A stretch of DNA of 63,728 nt, the filler included, from a bacterium (GTDB lineage: Bacteria > JALSQH01): the NCBI GenBank assembly GCA_026985515.1. It is 9 parts of 9 records of this genome, joined end to end, with 100 filler letters (N's around TTAATTAATTAA, not from the genome) between each part and the next. Parts side by side here need not be neighbours in the genome. Positions count along the whole stretch, not along the records: positions 61,915 to 63,728 come from JALSQH010000067.1; 8 more parts are not named here. The stretch is one strand, 5' to 3'. The translations under genes were made by a program, and so were the position numbers. The notes beneath the pieces were generated by a model that worked only from the letters and a program-made list of their open reading frames with translations, was not told the origin of the DNA and did not search any database. Of this stretch, positions 61,915 to 63,728 are shown piece after piece; the first letter of the stretch is position 1, and each line of letters begins with the position of its first letter.

Positions 61915-63396
61915 AATCTCCGTGTCTCAATTGAAACGGCCAAGGAAGAAGGTGCCATTGTCCAGGGTGCAATATCCTACACCACAAGCCCCGTTCACAC
62001 CATAAGATACTTCGTTGACCTGGGAAAAGAACTGGCAAAAATGGGTGTGGACATCATCACCATAAAAGATATGGCCGGTCTCATAATGCCAAGAGACGCT
62101 TACACACTGGTGAAGGCACTGAAAGAAGAAGTGGGCTTACCCGTTGCCTTTCACAGTCACTGTACCACAGGTCTCTGCATGATGGCTCATTACGAGGCCA
62201 TAAGGGCAGGGGCTGATGTAATAGATGCAGCCATTTCTCCTCTATCACTTGGAACAAGCCATCCCCCCATTGAAACCATGGTTGCTGCCTTCAAAAACAC
62301 TGAAAGAAACACCGGACTTGATCTGAAACTTCTCTCCGAAATTGCGGAGTACTTTAAAAATGTCAGGAAAAAATACAGGAGATTCGAAACAGAATTTTAC
62401 GGTGTCGATCCCAGAATTCTTGTTTCCCAGATTCCCGGGGGAATGCTCTCAAATCTGATAAATCAGCTCAGAGAACAGAATGCTCTTGACAAACTGGACG
62501 CAGTTCTTGAGGAAGTGCCGAGGGTGAGAAAGGATCTTGGATATCCACCTCTGGTAACACCAACAAGCCAGATAGTTGGCGCTCAGGCGACTCTGAATGT
62601 GATAACAGGTGAAAGATACAGCGTAATTACCACTGAGGTTAAAAACTACATTAAGGGCATGTATGGAAAACCACCGGGAGAAATAGACCCTGAACTGATG
62701 AAAAAAGCTATAGGTGATGAAAAACCGATAAATGTCAGACCGGCAGACCTTCTTGAACCTGAACTTGACAAACTGACGAGAGAACTCGGGGATAAGGCGA
62801 AAAGCATAGAGGATGTGCTGAGCTATGCTCTCTTTCCCCAGGTGGCTCTTGAATTCTTTGAGCAGAGGGAAAAGGGTACCCTGAAACCTGAACCCATAGA
62901 ACCTCCAGAAGAAGAAAAGAAAGAAACTGCAGAAGAAGGTAGAGTTCACTTTGCTCCATCTGAATTTAGAATCACCGTTCATGGGGAAACTTACCATGTT
63001 AAGGTGGCAGGAGCGGGGCACAGAGATGAGAGACCGAGGCCCTACTTCATCAAAATTGATGGTCAGCTTGAAGAGGTTCTCCTTGAACCCCTCGTTGAAA
63101 TTGTTCCAAGTACAGGTGGCGTTATAGAAAGCACCCCTGCTGTTGAATCCAGAAGGCCCATGGCAAAGAAGAAGGGGGACATCACCACTCCTCTTCCCGG
63201 AAAGGTTACGAAAGTCCTGGTCAAAGAGGGAGTTTATGTGACTGAGGGAGACACCGTCCTCATCATTGAGGCGATGAAACTGGAAAATGAGATTCACACT
63301 CCAGTGACGGGATTTGTAAAAAAGATCTATGTAAAAGAGGGAGACCAGGTAAATCCCAAGGAAACCCTCATCGAGATAGAAGAGAAGGAGAATTGA
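61915..63396 (+). CDS. Biotinylated carboxyltransferase subunit (PycB/OadA family), N-truncated
   Basis: IKDMAG, HSH, QIPGGM, PPLVTPTSQIVG, EAMK biotin site. Confidence 0.92.
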   Translation, partial: NLRVSIETAKEEGAIVQGAISYTTSPVHTIRYFVDLGKELAKMGVDIITIKDMAGLIMPRDAYTLVKALKEEVGLPVAFHSHCTTGLCMMAHYEAIRAGADVIDAAISPLSLGTSHPPIETMVAAFKNTERNTGLDLKLLSEIAEYFKNVRKKYRRFETEFYGVDPRILVSQIPGGMLSNLINQLREQNALDKLDAVLEEVPRVRKDLGYPPLVTPTSQIVGAQATLNVITGERYSVITTEVKNYIKGMYGKPPGEIDPELMKKAIGDEKPINVRPADLLEPELDKLTRELGDKAKSIEDVLSYALFPQVALEFFEQREKGTLKPEPIEPPEEEKKETAEEGRVHFAPSEFRITVHGETYHVKVAGAGHRDERPRPYFIKIDGQLEEVLLEPLVEIVPSTGGVIESTPAVESRRPMAKKKGDITTPLPGKVTKVLVKEGVYVTEGDTVLIIEAMKLENEIHTPVTGFVKKIYVKEGDQVNPKETLIEIEEKEN

Positions 63397-63728
63397 ATTA
63401 CCTGTCCATCGCCATCCTCTCTATTTTTGTAGGTTCTCTGGCTGGTCTTGTTGCTGGTTTCTTCGGCGTGGGTGGGGGAGTTATTTATGTACCGGGGCTA
63501 ATCTTTTACTTTGAACACAGTGGAATTCATGAAGCGGTAAAATTATCCACAGCCACATCTCTCGGTGCAATTCTGATAACATCCTTCTACAGTGGTTACA
63601 TGCACAGGAAAAGAGGGGAAGCTGACCTCAGAGAGGTCATATTTATTGTAGCAGGAGGTATTCCCGCTGCTTTCATGGGTGCAAAGGTTGCCGTAATTGT
63701 GCCCGGCTTATATCTCAAGAAATTCTTT
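63393..63728 (+). CDS. TauE/SafE (TSUP) membrane protein, runs off window
   Basis: Not in track. TTG start after AGGAG; GLVAGFFGVGGGVIYVP, ATSL. Confidence 0.85.
   Translation, partial: MNYLSIAILSIFVGSLAGLVAGFFGVGGGVIYVPGLIFYFEHSGIHEAVKLSTATSLGAILITSFYSGYMHRKRGEADLREVIFIVAGGIPAAFMGAKVAVIVPGLYLKKFF

Overview
This window is not continuous DNA. It is nine contigs joined by 100-nt N-linkers containing TTAATTAATTAA (4996-5095, 10064-10163, 28532-28631, 38342-38441, 47062-47161, 52051-52150, 56971-57070, 61815-61914). The source is an AT-rich diderm bacterium. A deltaproteobacterial/Myxococcota-like, possibly thermophilic affiliation is my inference from gene content only. Contents: beta-oxidation genes (fadA/fadN) behind a FadR/YsiA-type operator, arsC, an unannotated ribosomal protein Thx, cell-wall enzymes, an HNH-MinD-J/HTH-patatin-rluD-pgeF cluster split across contigs, a porin-liv-paaK uptake operon, a kinase-TBDR-SBP module, polysaccharide genes, queA/tgt, an RCC1 lipoprotein, trehalose genes (TPSP, TreT), cobB, crcB, an IS fragment and a carboxylase subunit. 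The best candidate for a new system is 35180-40300: a consensus promoter overlapped by a ModE box drives short ModE, a TonB-dependent receptor, an ECF-like transporter and a THEP1-type NTPase, suggesting an undescribed Mo/W-compound uptake route. Other highlights are a 185-nt structured element beside the IS, a candidate C-rich sRNA, a structured 5' leader, a probable ATA start codon and many leaderless-type genes. All family calls come from motif recognition; no searches were run.
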